Source: an uncultured delta proteobacterium
GTDB lineage: Bacteria > Desulfobacterota > Binatia > Bin18
DNA: 64,000 bases
Assembly (NCBI GenBank): GCA_963733195.1
Contig: CAVTCR010000009.1
Coordinates: 33,979 to 97,978 of the forward strand
Reading direction: 5' to 3'
This document shows positions 60,616-64,000 of this stretch, in pieces. A program made the position numbers and the translations under genes. Each line of letters starts with the position of its first letter. Positions within the stretch are counted from its first letter, which is position 1. Below the pieces are notes generated by a model. The model worked only from the letters and a program-made list of their open reading frames with translations. It did not search any database and was not told where the DNA came from.

Positions 60616-62797
60616 CTACCAGGTCCTCTTACGCGGCGGTTGCCAGCCGCTACTCGACCGACCCGACCCGAAGCGGTTTGAGCTTCCACTGTTTTCGTAG
60701 CGGTTTGAACGCCAGGCATTCTCGCGGCTATCGTCGTCTTCCATGAGGAAGACTGGCTCGATGATCTTGCGTGAAAGGCCATCAAGAAACCGTGACGGCT
60801 TACTCAGTACCATGCCTGTTGCTCTGTCAAAGACATTGATGGGATAGGAGATGAACAGTTTCTCTTTGGCGCGAGTGACGGCGACGTACATCAAGCGGCG
60901 CTCTTCTTCTATCTCATCATCGTTCTTGTTGTACAGCGACGGGAAACGGCCTTCCGTCGCCCAAATGACAAACACCGAGTGCCATTCAAGCCCTTTGGCC
61001 GAGTGGATAGTAGAAAGTGTGAGCAGTCCTTCTTCTTCCCGATCAGTAGCGAGCACATCGCCGACACTGCTGTTTGGCGGTTCCAGTGCCATATCTGCCA
61101 GCAACTTCTCCAGACTGGTATAACGTTCAGTGATTACAATAAAGTGTTCAAGATCCTTTTGTCGCTTGGGGTAATCGTCGCGGTGATTACGTTTCAAAAT
61201 TGGCTGATAGTATTTCACCACTGCTTCGATTTGCTCTGCCGGCTTCATATCGGGCGTGTTGACCTCAGCCAGCAGCGCGGCGAGCCTCCGTAGCTCGTCG
61301 CCGATGACTCCCTTAGCCGAATACTCAGCCAGACGTTGCGCTTGATTCTCTCCAGCCACCACATGTGCCAGAATCTTCTCCGCACCCTTGGGACCAATAC
61401 CTTCGAGCAACAGAATCACGCGATGCCACGACACCGCATCCTGCGGGTTGGCGATAATCCGCAGATGGGCAAGGGTATCTTTCACGTGTGTGGTTTCGAT
61501 AAACTTGAACCCACCACGTTTGATAAAGGGAAGGTTTCGTTTGGCGAGCTCCAATTCAAGGTCGAATGAATGAAAGCTGGAACGAAAGAGGACGGCCATT
61601 TCTGTCAACGGAACGCCTTGCTCGCGCAACTCTAGAATCTTCTGTGCGACAAAGCGTGACTGATAGCGTTCGCTCTCGGCTTCGACAAGGGTAGGCTTTA
61701 CGCCTTTATCACGACGAGTGAAAAGATTCTTAGTGTATTGATCCTTGGCATTCACGATAATCTGGTTGGAGAGATCAAGGATCGGCTGTGTACTGCGGTA
61801 ATTCTCTTCTAGTTTGACGATCTTGGCACCAGGGAATAACGTGGGAAACTCTAAAATGTTGCGTACAGTGGCACCACGGAAACTGTAGATCGACTGTGCA
61901 TCGTCGCCTACTGCCATAACATTATCATGGGCGTGTGCGAGAGCGCGGATAATATCAGCCTGCAAGCGGTTCGTGTCCTGATACTCATCCACCATAATGT
62001 AACGGAAGGTGTGCGAAAGTCGGTCGGCAACTTCTGTATGATTGCGCAGGAGATCCCGCAGTTTGGTGAGCAGATCATCGTAGTCCAGTAGACTACGCTC
62101 ATGTTTGTAGTGCCGGTAATATTCATCGATGCGCATCAGCTCTTCGAGTTCAGAGAAGAGATGCGGGAATTGGTCATCCAGAACCTCAGCAACACTGCAC
62201 ATTTTGTTGGCTGCGAGACTGACGATCTCCATGATCGTCTGCTTCTTTGGGAAATCGTCGTTCTTTCTTATCGAGCCCGAGACGCGCACGGATCAAATTG
62301 ATGACATCCTCTGAATCGCCACGGTCCAGAATAGTGAAAGAATTGGCGAATCCTAGTAACGAAGCGTAGCGGCGCAAGACTGTATTGGCAAACGAGTGAA
62401 ACGTACCGCCGGTAACACGGTCACATTGTGCACCCAGCAGTGCACCTGCCCGTTCAAGCATCTCCTCCGCAGCGCGACGAGTGAATGTCATGAGGAGAAT
62501 CGACGTCGGATCGATCCCTTCTTCGACCATCCGTGCCACACGAAAGACGAGGGTACGAGTTTTGCCGCTGCCCGCACCGGCAAGCACTAGCATTGGTCCT
62601 TTGTGGGTAATGGCGGCTTCATACTGGGAGGGATTGAGCTCCGCCTGATAATCAATCAGGAACCGCCGAGGTTGCGTCGATTCGGTTTCGGGCTGCAACA
62701 CATACTTCTGCGGACGTGTATCTTCGTTCACCACACCACTCCGCTGGAAACAGGATGAGGGGAACATAGCGGAAAAGCGTTCAACAGTCAGTAGCAA
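60616..62797 (-). CDS. UvrD/PcrA/Rep-family ATP-dependent DNA helicase, with a frameshift near 62250
   Basis: Walker A (LAGAGSGKTRTL) is in ORF 62186..62797. Helicase motifs II-VI (VDEYQDTN, ...GDDAQSIYSFRGA, ...TIHSAKGLEW) are in 60616..62289. An RG/S-rich C-terminal tail follows. Confidence 0.8.
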
Positions 62798-62938
62798 AGA
62801 AGGGGACAGGCCAGGAGTCGGGAGACGGTTTTTCCATATTCAGTAGTCAATCTTCTTGTCGGTTTTACTGACCCCTGATTCCCGTCCACTGGCTCCAGTT
62901 ACTGACTACTGACGGCCGCTCTGCTATGAATTGAAGAT

Positions 62939-63166
62939 ATGAGTGCGAAGACCGAACGTATCAATCTCTATGGCGTGAAGTGTCCACTCAATTGGGCGAA
63001 AGCGAAAGTGCGACTTGAAGATCTTAATCGCGGTGACATTCTTGATGTGTTGATTGACGATCCCAAAGGCCGACGTGATATTCCTCGTGCCGCAGAAGCT
63101 GAAGGGTACGCTATTGCGCATATCGATGAAATTCCCGGTGGTTGGTGTATCGCAATTGAAAAATAA
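62939..63166 (+). CDS. TusA/SirA-like sulfurtransferase-family small protein
   Basis: 75-aa ORF. VKCPLNWAKAKVRLEDL matches the TusA CPxP-region pattern. Confidence 0.6.
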   Translation: MSAKTERINLYGVKCPLNWAKAKVRLEDLNRGDILDVLIDDPKGRRDIPRAAEAEGYAIAHIDEIPGGWCIAIEK

Positions 63167-63239
63167 AGGAACTGCTTCTGTCCATGTCTACCCTTCGACA
63201 AGTTCAGGGTGATTGGCTCCGTCCGAGAAAGGATTCTCT

Positions 63240-64000
63240 ATGCCTGTTGGTATCGAAAAAAGCGGCCCTGTCACAACCGTGATTATGAACCGGCCTGATG
63301 TTCGTAACGCAGTGAATCATGCCACTGCCCTGGAATTGCAGGAGGCGTTCCGTGCCTTCGATGCTGATCCGGACGCGTTAGTCGGAGTGCTCTGGGGAGA
63401 CAATGGCACGTTTTGCGCCGGATATGATCTAAAGACTGTCTCTTCTGGACAGGGGCTTGGAACGTATGATCCAGAAGGCGATGGCCCGATGGGCCCAAGC
63501 AGAATGTTGTTGAGCAAACCTGTCATTGCCGCAGTGAGTGGGTACGCGGTTGCTGGTGGACTGGAACTTGCCCTCTGGTGTGACATGCGCGTGATGGAAG
63601 AAGATGCCCAGGTTGGAGTGTTCTGTCGTCGTTGGGGGGTACCTCTGATTGACGGTGGCACTGTACGTCTGCCGCGCTTAGTTGGTATGGGGCGTGCGAT
63701 GGATCTCATTCTCACTGGCCGTGCAGTTGGTGCGCAGGAAGCACTAGCAATGGGATTGTGTAATCGTGTCGTACCCAAAGGCAAGGCGCGCGAGGAAGCC
63801 GAAAGCCTTGCTCACGAGATCGCCCGGTTTCCGCAGATTTGCATGCGAGCGGATCGCATGTCTGCGTACCAACAATGGGACCTCGACTTGGTGAACGCGC
63901 TCAAAAATGAAGCGCGTGGTGGTATCGAACCACTTCGATATGAAGCTCGTGCAGGTGCAGCTCGCTTTTCCGGCGGCAAAGGACGTGGTGGATCGTTTAA
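63240..64000 (+). CDS. Enoyl-CoA hydratase/isomerase (crotonase) family, 3' end beyond the window
   Basis: This ORF is absent from the ORF track because it has no stop in the window. MPVGIEKSGPVTTVIMNRPDVRNAV...GAVSGYAVAGGLELALWCDMRV is the crotonase oxyanion-hole signature. Confidence 0.8.
   Translation, partial: MPVGIEKSGPVTTVIMNRPDVRNAVNHATALELQEAFRAFDADPDALVGVLWGDNGTFCAGYDLKTVSSGQGLGTYDPEGDGPMGPSRMLLSKPVIAAVSGYAVAGGLELALWCDMRVMEEDAQVGVFCRRWGVPLIDGGTVRLPRLVGMGRAMDLILTGRAVGAQEALAMGLCNRVVPKGKAREEAESLAHEIARFPQICMRADRMSAYQQWDLDLVNALKNEARGGIEPLRYEARAGAARFSGGKGRGGSF

Noticed and set aside
62186-62289. Treating the two UvrD ORFs as separate genes (an N-terminal Walker-A protein and a C-terminal helicase)
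   Set aside because: The ORFs overlap by about 100 nt. Together they reconstitute a single co-linear UvrD/PcrA motif order (I, then II-VI). A single frameshift explains it.
1-64000. CRISPR arrays, integrases/transposases, rRNA/tRNA genes, prophage modules
   Set aside because: No regularly spaced identical direct repeats of 25-40 bp. No ORF with DDE, tyrosine or serine recombinase motifs. No cloverleaf-compatible tRNA candidates were found by eye. A tRNAscan or Infernal run would be needed to exclude small RNAs formally.

Overview
This 64 kb window is bacterial chromosomal DNA with about 53% GC and no transposase, integrase, CRISPR array or rRNA/tRNA gene that I could find. It carries housekeeping genes (dprA-topA, argS, trmFO, murJ, putA) within a mainly metabolic and signalling gene set. 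Three things stand out. First, roughly a dozen genes are broken by frameshifts, and the breaks cluster in particular genes rather than being evenly spread. The worst hit are two large adenylate-cyclase signalling genes and a PBP4-type carboxypeptidase; long genes such as putA, topA and the 900-aa kinase are intact. Second, intergenic DNA holds several undescribed repeat families: a roughly 170 bp mosaic element with a palindromic GC-rich core (three copies), a purine-rich/pyrimidine-rich imperfect palindrome sitting about 45-65 nt upstream of three start codons, a nine-unit 16-bp tandem array, a recurring GAATTGAG-type bipartite motif, and GTCAGTA-type inverted repeats. Third, a roughly 2 kb stretch at about 70-75% GC next to argS holds a decayed zinc metalloprotease gene. 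That stretch is either horizontally acquired or a chimeric assembly join. Smaller items are a putative DUF4258 / YgiT-zinc-finger toxin-antitoxin pair with a direct-repeat operator, a lone GAF-GAF-GspE-type secretion ATPase, a trmFO ORF that runs into a lipoprotein-like reading frame, and an intrinsic terminator on the plus strand with no plus-strand gene. Everything below is read from the sequence and the supplied ORF track; no database search was run.
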